Source: Candidatus Dadabacteria bacterium | Lineage (GTDB): Bacteria; Desulfobacterota_D; UBA1144; Nemesobacterales; Nemesobacteraceae | Direction: 5' to 3' | Assembly: GCA_022819805.1 (NCBI GenBank) | Contig: JAJEGO010000014.1 | Location: 6,521 to 70,520, forward strand | Length of the DNA: 64,000 nucleotides | Part shown: positions 15,460-23,628 of the stretch, piece by piece | Position numbering within the stretch: position 1 is the first letter of the stretch | Layout: each line of letters begins with the position of its first letter | Position numbers and translations under genes: made by a program | Notes under the pieces: generated by a model | What the model was told of the DNA's origin: nothing | What the model saw: only the letters and a program-made list of their open reading frames with translations | Database searches by the model: none

Positions 15460-18400
15460 ATGGTGGAACATAAGCGGCTTGTCTCTCGGGTAGAGTGCCA
15501 GCGAAAACCCCTCTTGTCCCCGCATCCAGGCAAGGAAAGGGCCAAGCCAGTCCCGAACCGGGCGGATTTTGGGTTACTTGAAACCTTACTGACGCTCTTT
15601 TGCCTAAAGGCCCTGCGTTCCTCATCTTTTATTAGAAAAACAGCAATCCTGAAAAGCAGGATCTGCCTCCTGCTGGCGGTGCTTTTGCCGCTAGCGGTTC
15701 TTTCCGTAACCGCACACGCTGCCAACGGGGATCTTCGATTGTGCGATACCACGGTCACGAACAGCTGTACGGTTACGACTGACATAGGCAGGCTCGAAGT
15801 TGAGTATAACGGGATGTGGAAGGGGGTGTGCGATGACTATTTCACGAGTCACGAGGCAAGAGTCGCGTGCGGGCAATTAAATTACCCCAATTCACGATAC
15901 GCTAAGACTCTGTTGAGGCTGGACGGACCGACGAGAGCGCATCGTCATAACGGCGAATTCTGGCTTGATGATCTGCTCTGTGGCCAAGGTGATAATACTG
16001 TGGACAACAAGCTGATGGATTGTGCTAGGGCTGGTTCTGGTGCAGGTAATGAAATTGAACCCGGAGAGTCTGGTTATTGGGGGGAGCATAACTGCAAAAG
16101 CAATGAATATGCGGGGGTTGTATGCGTTATCACCGCTCCGGCTAAGCCTACGAACCTGGAAGCGGAAGCTAAGGGGCAGAGCATGATAGTGCTTAATTGG
16201 CGTGCTCCCAACTCCTATGTGGAAGGCTACAAAATCGAGGTCTCAGAGAATGGTGGCAACGACTGGGATGATCTTGAGTCCGACACTGGCAATGCGGACA
16301 CGACATATACCCATAGCGGCCTCCCTCCCAGCGCCACGCGACACTACCAGGTTTCGGCTATTAACTCAGAGGGCACAAGCGATCCTTCAAACATAGCAAG
16401 CGCCACGACAGAAGGCGTACCTCCTCCTTCGGATCAACCTGGAACGGTGGCCCTGTCTTTTTCGCAGCTCGAGATCGGGACGGCGTTAACTGCGACTTTA
16501 ACTGATCCTGACGGTTCTATAGCGAATGTCGAGTGGACATGGTACAGGTCAGCTGACAAAAGCAACTGGAATCCGATCTCCGGCGCCACGAGCAGCGGTT
16601 CTGCGACCGCGACCTACACGCCGGTTGCCGACGGCGATCCGAATGTTGAAGATGACGAGGATAAATACCTGCGGGCGGTGGCCTCTTATGACGATGGCCA
16701 CGGTCCCAATAAAAGCGCGGAGGCGGAATCCGCCAGCAAGGTTCCTGCAGTAAACTGGGCGCCCTCCTTTGATCCTGATCCGCCACCGAGCACCTTTTCT
16801 GTTGACGAGAACACGGGGACTGGAGTAAACATCGGGACGCCGATCGGGGTTACGGATCCGGAAGGTGAACCGCTCACCTACTCGCTTGACGATGGGGACG
16901 GCGATTCGTTCGCCATTGATTCCTCCGGGCAGATAAAGACCAAGTCGGCGCTTGACTACGAAGTCAAAAGTTCTTACACGGTCGAAGTTAAAGTCACGGA
17001 CGGAACCACGGAGATTACGACCACCGTGACCATTAACGTAACCAATGTTGAGGAAGATGGGACCGTGACCCTGTCTAGTTATTCTCCGAATGTGGGAATA
17101 GAGCTGACCGCTGAATTGGAGGATCCTGACGACGGTGTAACGGGTATCACATGGCAGTGGCAGCGCAAGTCATCCGGCGGGACTTTCACGAATATCCCCG
17201 GCGCCACGAGCAGCGGTTCTGCGACCGCAACCTACACGCCGTCCACAGGAGATCTGAATCATCTTCTGCGGGCAAAGGCATCCTACACGGACGGGCACGG
17301 TTCCAACACCGACATGGCGTATGCGGATTCAAACGAAGCGGTAACGGACACATGCCCTCCAAACCACCAAAACGAGGCGCCCGAGTTCAAAATCTCACCA
17401 CCCACGTTTTCTGTGGCTGAGAACACGAGGTCCGGAGTAAATGTCGGGACGCCGGTTACGGCTGAGGATGGAGACGCCGGTCAGCAAATCAGGCTCACCT
17501 ACTCGCTTGACGATGGGGACGGCGATTCGTTTTCCATTGAGAATGACAATTCTCCCGGGCAGATAAAGACCAAGTCGGCGCTTGACTACGATACGCAAGA
17601 TTCTTATACGGTCACGGTTTCCGTAACGGATCCGTGCGGCGAGGAAGATACCATCGACGTAACAATCAACGTTACCGAGCCCGCACCTCCGTCTTCAAAC
17701 ACGAGGGCACCCAACTCCGAGGTGACGAAGTCCGCCCCGGCTCCAACGGCAAAGGTTCCGCAGGCTCCCGCGAATTTAACTGCGGGGCGCGGTGACGGCG
17801 AGGTAACGCTTAGCTGGAGGGTCCCGAATGACGGCGGAAGCGTTATTAAGTACTACGAATACATGATTGATGATGGCCCGTGGATCTCGACCAAGGGAAA
17901 ATCCACTACCCACACTGTCGCCGGGCTTACCAACGGAGAGACCTATAAATTCAAGGTGCACGCGGTGAACGTCATCGGTCCCGGTCCCGGGTCAAGACCG
18001 GTGAAAGCCACGCCTGCCACCGTGCCCGGCCCCCCGCGCAATCTGACGGTGGCTCCGGGCGATCAGCGCGCGACGCTTATGTGGGAGCGGCCTGCGGATA
18101 ACGGCGGTCTTCCGATCACCAGTTACGAGTACGTCCAGAAGGAGGGAAGCGGCTCGTTCGGCAGCTGGATATCCATAGATAACAGCGGTCCCATGGAGAC
18201 AAATGAAACGAGCTATGTGGTCACGGGACTTAAAGACGGCACCGTTTATTCTTTCAAGGTGCGCGCGGTGAACGCCGTGGGTCCGGGAGACGCCTCGGCC
18301 GAGGCCACGGCCGAGACGAGCACTTCCGCCTCCCGGCGCCTGAGGCGCGTCAGCCTCAGCATTCTTCCCGAGTTCGGGAGGACCCTGGCGAGGAATTCCC

Positions 18401-19887
18401 TTGACGCGCTTGCCTGGCGTCTTGACAGCGTCCTTTCGGGATCCTTTGAGCGTACGGGGATGTTCAGGCTTATGGATCAGCACGCGGGGCTCCACGATGT
18501 CATCGGAATTGATATATGGGATGATCCGGAACTGTCGGAAGAGCTCAGCCTCGAGGAGTTGCTCTACGGGTCTTCATTCATAATCGAGGCCGGAGGGATG
18601 CCTAGGAAACCAAAGCAATATCCAACAAAACAGCGGCCTAAGGAAGCTCCCAAGAAGCATGCCGGGGAACATTCGAAAGAATTACCGGAAGAATTACGGA
18701 GGGAATATCCTCAGGATGAGGATATGTGGATTGACGAGGGCGGAAAACCGAATCTCATCGAGAGGCGGGGCGATATGGCGTTTTGGGGCAAGGCGGACTA
18801 CAGCGCCCTCTCGGTCGGCAGAAGCGGCGAAAACCTGAGCTGGGATGGCGGCATAACAAGCGGTTATCTCGGGGTCGACAGACGGTTAACCGAGAATGTG
18901 CTGACGGGAATTTCCGTCGCTTTGACGAAGGGAGATTTCGATTACACGGACTCCACCCCGGGGGAGGGAGGAAGCGGAGATTACCATGTGAAGATGCTCA
19001 GCGTGTCTCCGTACATCGCGTGGCTTATGTCCGAGGATGCTTACCTCTGGGGCGCAATCGGCTATGGACGCGGGGAAATAGACATAGACGACGAAGAAGT
19101 CCAGAGCGTCGCTTCAGGCGACCTCAGCTACAAGTCGGTGGCCGCGGGAGGAAGTGGCAGAGTGTTTGACTTGGGAGACACTACCTTCTCGCTTAAAGGT
19201 GAAGCGTTTAAGGTATGGATGGACGTGGAGGGCGAAGATTACCTGATTGATGACTCATCCGTGGGTGTACACCAGCTGCGCCTCGGCATGGAGGGAAGCT
19301 ACGAGTACCGCTTCGCGTCCGGAGCCTGGTTCAATCCCCTTGTGGAGGTCGCTCTTCGCCACGACGGGGGAGACGGGGAGACGGGCACCGGGGTTGAAAT
19401 CGGAGGCGGTTTCCTCTTCGAAGACCCGGATATGGGTCTTAGCATTGCGGGCAGGGGGCGCTGGCTGGCGGTGCACAGTTCCGATGAGTTCAGTCAATGG
19501 GGAGTTGGAGGAACCGTGATCTTCGATACGGGAGCGGACAAAGAAGGCGCGCTGTTCAGCGTGGCTCCCGGATGGGGAGACACTTCAAGCGGGATTGAGA
19601 ATCTCTGGGAGCGCGGAGCGGAAGGGGTGTCGTCAGAATACGGCAGAGACAACAGTCTGCATCTTGACGCGGAGTTCGGATACGGACTCCCGGCTCTCGG
19701 CGGGGACGGGATTCTCACTCCCTACAGCGGACTCAGGATGAGAGCAGACGGGTGGCGACAGTACCGCCTCGGCAGTCGTCTGGATCTCGGGCGTTCTACG
19801 AGTCTGAGCCTTGAAACCGAGCGAAGGCAGAGCGATGCGAAGAAGCCTGAGCACGGAATCATGCTGAGAGGAAAGCTTAATTTCTGA
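15460..19887 (+). CDS. Giant surface protein, predicted type V autotransporter adhesin with SRCR-like, FN3 (x3), cadherin (x2) and unclassified repeat (x2) passenger modules
   Basis: 1475-aa ORF. A signal-peptide-like segment (ILKSRICLLLAVLLPLAVLSVTAHA) follows a roughly 60-aa N-terminal extension. The SRCR-like domain spans residues about 91-223 (EVEYNGMWKGVCDD, ARVACGQL, FWLDDLLC, WGEHNC, AGVVCV). Two cadherin repeats carry F-S-V-D/A-E-N, LTYSLDDGDGDSF, QIKTKSALDYE/D and TVTINVT motifs. FN3 modules have W..P..GG..I..Y.Y and Y.F.V.AVN motifs. A helical linker precedes a roughly 370-aa C-terminal beta-domain ending ...GIMLRGKLNF, i.e. a terminal Phe. Confidence 0.8.
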   Translation: MVEHKRLVSRVECQRKPLLSPHPGKERAKPVPNRADFGLLETLLTLFCLKALRSSSFIRKTAILKSRICLLLAVLLPLAVLSVTAHAANGDLRLCDTTVTNSCTVTTDIGRLEVEYNGMWKGVCDDYFTSHEARVACGQLNYPNSRYAKTLLRLDGPTRAHRHNGEFWLDDLLCGQGDNTVDNKLMDCARAGSGAGNEIEPGESGYWGEHNCKSNEYAGVVCVITAPAKPTNLEAEAKGQSMIVLNWRAPNSYVEGYKIEVSENGGNDWDDLESDTGNADTTYTHSGLPPSATRHYQVSAINSEGTSDPSNIASATTEGVPPPSDQPGTVALSFSQLEIGTALTATLTDPDGSIANVEWTWYRSADKSNWNPISGATSSGSATATYTPVADGDPNVEDDEDKYLRAVASYDDGHGPNKSAEAESASKVPAVNWAPSFDPDPPPSTFSVDENTGTGVNIGTPIGVTDPEGEPLTYSLDDGDGDSFAIDSSGQIKTKSALDYEVKSSYTVEVKVTDGTTEITTTVTINVTNVEEDGTVTLSSYSPNVGIELTAELEDPDDGVTGITWQWQRKSSGGTFTNIPGATSSGSATATYTPSTGDLNHLLRAKASYTDGHGSNTDMAYADSNEAVTDTCPPNHQNEAPEFKISPPTFSVAENTRSGVNVGTPVTAEDGDAGQQIRLTYSLDDGDGDSFSIENDNSPGQIKTKSALDYDTQDSYTVTVSVTDPCGEEDTIDVTINVTEPAPPSSNTRAPNSEVTKSAPAPTAKVPQAPANLTAGRGDGEVTLSWRVPNDGGSVIKYYEYMIDDGPWISTKGKSTTHTVAGLTNGETYKFKVHAVNVIGPGPGSRPVKATPATVPGPPRNLTVAPGDQRATLMWERPADNGGLPITSYEYVQKEGSGSFGSWISIDNSGPMETNETSYVVTGLKDGTVYSFKVRAVNAVGPGDASAEATAETSTSASRRLRRVSLSILPEFGRTLARNSLDALAWRLDSVLSGSFERTGMFRLMDQHAGLHDVIGIDIWDDPELSEELSLEELLYGSSFIIEAGGMPRKPKQYPTKQRPKEAPKKHAGEHSKELPEELRREYPQDEDMWIDEGGKPNLIERRGDMAFWGKADYSALSVGRSGENLSWDGGITSGYLGVDRRLTENVLTGISVALTKGDFDYTDSTPGEGGSGDYHVKMLSVSPYIAWLMSEDAYLWGAIGYGRGEIDIDDEEVQSVASGDLSYKSVAAGGSGRVFDLGDTTFSLKGEAFKVWMDVEGEDYLIDDSSVGVHQLRLGMEGSYEYRFASGAWFNPLVEVALRHDGGDGETGTGVEIGGGFLFEDPDMGLSIAGRGRWLAVHSSDEFSQWGVGGTVIFDTGADKEGALFSVAPGWGDTSSGIENLWERGAEGVSSEYGRDNSLHLDAEFGYGLPALGGDGILTPYSGLRMRADGWRQYRLGSRLDLGRSTSLSLETERRQSDAKKPEHGIMLRGKLNF

Positions 19888-19902
19888 TCGGTTTCCCTGG
19901 TT

Positions 19903-19919
19903 CCGAAAAAGGTTTTCGG
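19903..19919. terminator. Short inverted repeat between convergent genes, a possible bidirectional terminator hairpin
   Basis: ccgaaaa-agg-ttttcgg forms a perfect 7-bp stem. Confidence 0.35.
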
Positions 19920-19944
19920 GCAAGCGTCCGCTCTTTTGCGGCGG

Positions 19945-21792
19945 CTAAAGCCAGTCGTCCTCAAACGTGTCGTTCGGGCGCTGGTGAAAAGCTCCCGTGT
20001 CCAAGCTGTTTTTAAACCCGCGGAACTTAAGCAGGCCCGAAATCGCGGGTTTTATCTGGCTTCTTTCAACCACCAGGTGAACTCCTCCGTGTTCCTCGTA
20101 GAATTCAGAGGACATTATTTTCGGGTCGACCCCTCGGCCGCCGCTTGTGAGTTTCACGACGCGGTCTCCCGCAAAAGCTATGGTCGCTTTTTTCTCTGCT
20201 ATCAGGAAGTCTCCCTGAACTGCGTAGCTCGCGAGAGCCCCTCCCGTTGTCGGGTGGCCGAGTATGGAGATGTTCGGAAGCCCGTGCTCCTTGAGCCTCA
20301 TTATCGCGGATATGGTCTTCGCCATCTGGTAGAGCGCCACGGTTCCTTCCTGCATCCGCGCGCCTCCGCTTACCGTCACGGTTACCAAGGGAAGCCTGTT
20401 CTCTATGGCGTAGCTTACGACTCTGTTCATTTTCTCGCCGAAGACTGAACTCATTGACCCTCCCATGAACCGGAAATCGCAAGTAGCCACCGCAACGGGT
20501 ATGCCGAACATGGTTCCGTAACCGGTTACCAGGGAATCTTTCGAGTCGGTTTTCCCGGCAAGCTTCTGCCTGGAAGACGAATAGTTAAAGAACTTGTAGA
20601 CGGAATCCACGTCTTCAAGAGAGAGCGCGGGTTCTATTTCGTGGAAGGACGCCTCGTCGAGAAGAAAGTCCAGATAGTCATCGGAACTAAGTGCTTCGGG
20701 GCGGCCGCAGTAAGGACACGAAGAATTGTTCGCGTGCAGTTCCTTTTTCGTAAGCTGTTTCTTGCAGCCGGGGCGTATGATTTTGCCCTGGCCGTCCTTC
20801 TCGTCGTTGCAGAAATGGGGTTCCGCCCCGTAGATGGCTATCTGCATTTCCGAAATGTCGGGATTCTCCTTTTTTCCGCTGAAGTAGTTGGGAAGCCAGG
20901 CCTTTATTTTCTTTGAGATTCCCTCGTAGATTTTCTGCTGCTTTTTTATCCGTCCGCAGCGCTCGATCTTCCTTCGCAGTTCCTCTCGCAGGTGCCTCAC
21001 GTCGTAGCGGTCAAGTTCCTTCGAGGCGGCGGTGAGGGAGGCCTGCAGGTTCTTTAGGGTCGCGGCGATATAATTGTTTTTTCCAAGAGGGGGTTCTTTA
21101 ACTACCTCGTCTATTATTCCGTATTTCTTCATGTGATTTGCCGTGGGCTGCAGCACTTCTAGGGCTTCCGCCACCTTGTCCGCGCTTCTGAAAAGAATGG
21201 CGGAGCAGCCTTCGGCGGTTATCACGGAATATTCGGCTCGGGAGAGCATCAGTCTCTTGTGTCCAAGCTGTATTGCGATCGCGCCCCCGCTCCCCCCGAG
21301 CCCGAGCACGGTGGTTATCGTTTTCGTTCTTAAGGAAATCATTTTCGACTGGCAGTAGGAAATGAGCCAGGACTGGAGTTTTTCGGCTGAGTACTCGTAG
21401 GGGTCTCCGCCGACGGTGTCGATGAAGGTGAAGAGCTTGAGACGGTTCTGCTCGGCGTATTCCATCATGCAAAACGAGAGCCCGTAACCGTCGGCCTTTA
21501 CCATTCCGAAGTTAAGCTTCGTTCTTTCCTTTTCGCTTGAAGGGGTCTGCTGGGCTATTACGGCCACTTCCTCTCCGGTGGCCTTGAACACGGCGGTGCC
21601 TACTATTACGGCCGGGTCGTTAGCGAATTCAACCTTCTTGCCCGAGGGGGCGTGGAGAAAGTTCCTGAACCCCGAGAGCTTGTTCCAGGGAGTAAAGTCG
21701 GTAAAGAGGGTTCCGATCAGGTGCTTTGACTTTATCCTGTCAAAGCTCTTTGCTTCCTCGTGGGCCTGAAGTGTTTTTGCCGTCGATGCCAT
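19945..21792 (-). CDS. Acetyl-CoA carboxylase carboxyltransferase, fused alpha (AccA-like, N-terminal) and beta (AccD-like, C-terminal) subunits
   Basis: The N-terminal half carries AccA motifs (NFGMVKADGYG, FIDTVGGDPY, GLGGSGGAIAIQLGHKRLMLSRAEYSVITAEGCSAIL). The C-terminal half begins with a 4-Cys zinc-ribbon region (FCNDE...GC...SCPYCGRPE). It then carries AccD motifs (FRFMGGSMSSVFGEK, SGGARMQEG, GHPTTGGALASYA, IAFAGDRVV). Confidence 0.8.
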   Translation of the reverse strand: MASTAKTLQAHEEAKSFDRIKSKHLIGTLFTDFTPWNKLSGFRNFLHAPSGKKVEFANDPAVIVGTAVFKATGEEVAVIAQQTPSSEKERTKLNFGMVKADGYGLSFCMMEYAEQNRLKLFTFIDTVGGDPYEYSAEKLQSWLISYCQSKMISLRTKTITTVLGLGGSGGAIAIQLGHKRLMLSRAEYSVITAEGCSAILFRSADKVAEALEVLQPTANHMKKYGIIDEVVKEPPLGKNNYIAATLKNLQASLTAASKELDRYDVRHLREELRRKIERCGRIKKQQKIYEGISKKIKAWLPNYFSGKKENPDISEMQIAIYGAEPHFCNDEKDGQGKIIRPGCKKQLTKKELHANNSSCPYCGRPEALSSDDYLDFLLDEASFHEIEPALSLEDVDSVYKFFNYSSSRQKLAGKTDSKDSLVTGYGTMFGIPVAVATCDFRFMGGSMSSVFGEKMNRVVSYAIENRLPLVTVTVSGGARMQEGTVALYQMAKTISAIMRLKEHGLPNISILGHPTTGGALASYAVQGDFLIAEKKATIAFAGDRVVKLTSGGRGVDPKIMSSEFYEEHGGVHLVVERSQIKPAISGLLKFRGFKNSLDTGAFHQRPNDTFEDDWL

Positions 21793-21813
21793 GGTATGTT
21801 CTGTAGGTAACCG

Positions 21814-21831
21814 TTTAGCGAATCCGCTAAA
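21814..21831. promoter_or_regulatory. Perfect palindrome TTTAGCG-AATC-CGCTAAA in the accAD leader
   Basis: 7-bp inverted repeat with a 4-nt spacer, 22-39 nt upstream of the accAD start codon on the minus strand. An AT-rich -10-like sequence lies just upstream of it. Confidence 0.35.
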
Positions 21832-22004
21832 TATAATTATATAATCAAATTCGTTTTCCCGAAAACCATGACTTGTTACCCGTAAACTGGCTAAGAAGTC
21901 CGTTTTTCCGGCCTGCCAGCCCTAAATGAATCCTCCGCGCGAAGATTCCCTACGGTACTTGGCAAGGGTTTTGTGGGGGAAAGTCTGAATATTGTGGATT
22001 TTTT

Positions 22005-22328
22005 CTATGCGGTGAAAGACTGTCCGCAGCCGCAGGAACCGGTCGCGTGCGGGTTTTCGATCGCAAAGCCCGTTCCGTTGAGACCATCCTTGAAGTCCAG
22101 AACCGCTCCGTCGAGATAGGTATAGCTGATCTCGTCAATGGCGACTTTTATGCCTCCGGATTCAATCATGTTGTCTCCTTCATCGGTCTCGTCATCAAAT
22201 CCCATCTCGTAAGAAAACCCGGAACATCCGCCGGGCACTATCCTCACCCGAAGAAACGCGTTCTCAATATCATCTTCGGCAAGAAGCCTTTTTATTTCAT
22301 CTACGGCTTTGGGAGTTACGGAAAACAT
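22005..22328 (-). CDS. Fe-S cluster insertion protein, IscA/ErpA (HesB) family
   Basis: 107 aa. C-terminal SCGCGQSF motif and a conserved Cys in the stretch GGCSGFSY. Confidence 0.85.
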   Translation of the reverse strand: MFSVTPKAVDEIKRLLAEDDIENAFLRVRIVPGGCSGFSYEMGFDDETDEGDNMIESGGIKVAIDEISYTYLDGAVLDFKDGLNGTGFAIENPHATGSCGCGQSFTA

Positions 22329-22483
22329 ATTTCCTCTGCCTCCTCGCAGTGTAAATTTCTTTTACCACTCCACCTAACAAAATACATCCGCGGGCAACAA
22401 TTGTCAAAGCGGGACCGCTTGTGCGGCCACGGACATTCATCTCGGTTTGCCCGCCCGCCCGGGTTTGCTGTATAGTTTTCGGC

Positions 22484-23614
22484 GTGAGCAGAACAGCCTA
22501 CCTGATAATCGATTCGAGCGAGCGCAACTCGGACCTTTTCCACCGAACCGGTTTTTTCGTTCCGGATCCCGTTATCTTTTTCGAGCACGACGGAGAGGGA
22601 ACCCTGGTTCTTAGCGATCTTGAACTTGAACGGGGAAAAAAAGAGGCAAAGGTGGAACGGGTTGTTTCCCTGAGGGAATGCGTCGGCAGGATTAGCGGCG
22701 GGAGAAGGAAAAGTCCCGGCATCGTGGAGGTGGCCGCGGCTCTTCTTAAGGAAAGGGGAATAAGGAGCCTGATTGTTCAGAGGCGCTTTCCGGTTTTCTA
22801 TGCCGACGCGCTGCGGAGAGCCGGTTTTTTCGTCAAGACCGCGAAGACAGATTTTCTTTTTCCTGAGCGTCTCAGAAAATCCCCGGCGGAAGTCCTACTC
22901 ATAAGGAAGGCGCTTTCCGCTACGGCATGGGCCATGAGGATTGCTGTTTCAATTATATCGGGTTCAGTGGTGAAGGGTTCCGTGCTTTACCATGACGGCA
23001 AGCCCCTTACCTCCGAGATAGTGCGCTCCGCCGTAAGCTCCTATCTTGCCGCACGGGGGTATCTGGCTTCGAACACCATAGTGGCCGGAGGGGTTCAGGG
23101 CTCTATGCCCCACGAGAAGGGTTCGGGCCCTCTTAAGGCCGGGTGGCCTGTGGTGATCGATATTTTCCCGAGATCCCAGGAGAACGGCTACTTTGGCGAT
23201 ATGACGAGAACGGTTGTTAAGGGTGAGCCTTCGGCGGAACTTTTAAGGATGTACGATACCGTTTTGCGCGGCCAGAAAATCGCACTTTCCATGATAAAAG
23301 ATGGCGTGAGATCAAAAGATGTGCACAACGCGGTAGTGGATTTTTTCACCGAACGCGGATTTGCGACCACGGCTTCGGGTTCTGGAAGCCCCGAGGGCTT
23401 CATACATTCCACGGGACACGGCCTCGGGCTTGACATACATGAGCCGCCGCGGATCGGATTCGGGAAGGAGATTTTAAGGGAGGGAAACGTTGTTACGGTC
23501 GAGCCTGGTCTTTACTACGAGCATCTCGGTGGAGTCAGGATAGAGGATGTGGTTCTGGTGACGCGCGACGGAAACGAAAACCTGACTCGATGCTCCAAGA
23601 GGTTTCGGGTCTAG
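22484..23614 (+). CDS. M24-family Xaa-Pro aminopeptidase/dipeptidase
   Basis: Creatinase-like N-terminal domain plus an M24 metal-binding domain (DIFP...DMTRT, HSTGHGLGLDIHEPP, VVTVEPGLY, EDVVLVT). Probable GTG start at 22484. Confidence 0.8.
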   Translation: MSRTAYLIIDSSERNSDLFHRTGFFVPDPVIFFEHDGEGTLVLSDLELERGKKEAKVERVVSLRECVGRISGGRRKSPGIVEVAAALLKERGIRSLIVQRRFPVFYADALRRAGFFVKTAKTDFLFPERLRKSPAEVLLIRKALSATAWAMRIAVSIISGSVVKGSVLYHDGKPLTSEIVRSAVSSYLAARGYLASNTIVAGGVQGSMPHEKGSGPLKAGWPVVIDIFPRSQENGYFGDMTRTVVKGEPSAELLRMYDTVLRGQKIALSMIKDGVRSKDVHNAVVDFFTERGFATTASGSGSPEGFIHSTGHGLGLDIHEPPRIGFGKEILREGNVVTVEPGLYYEHLGGVRIEDVVLVTRDGNENLTRCSKRFRV

Positions 23615-23628
23615 TTGCTCCAGGAACT

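Noticed and set aside
16581-17241. Repeated near-identical roughly 40-bp strings that could superficially look like CRISPR repeats
   Set aside because: They are in-frame parts of duplicated protein modules inside the adhesin ORF. There is no regular repeat-spacer periodicity and no cas genes.
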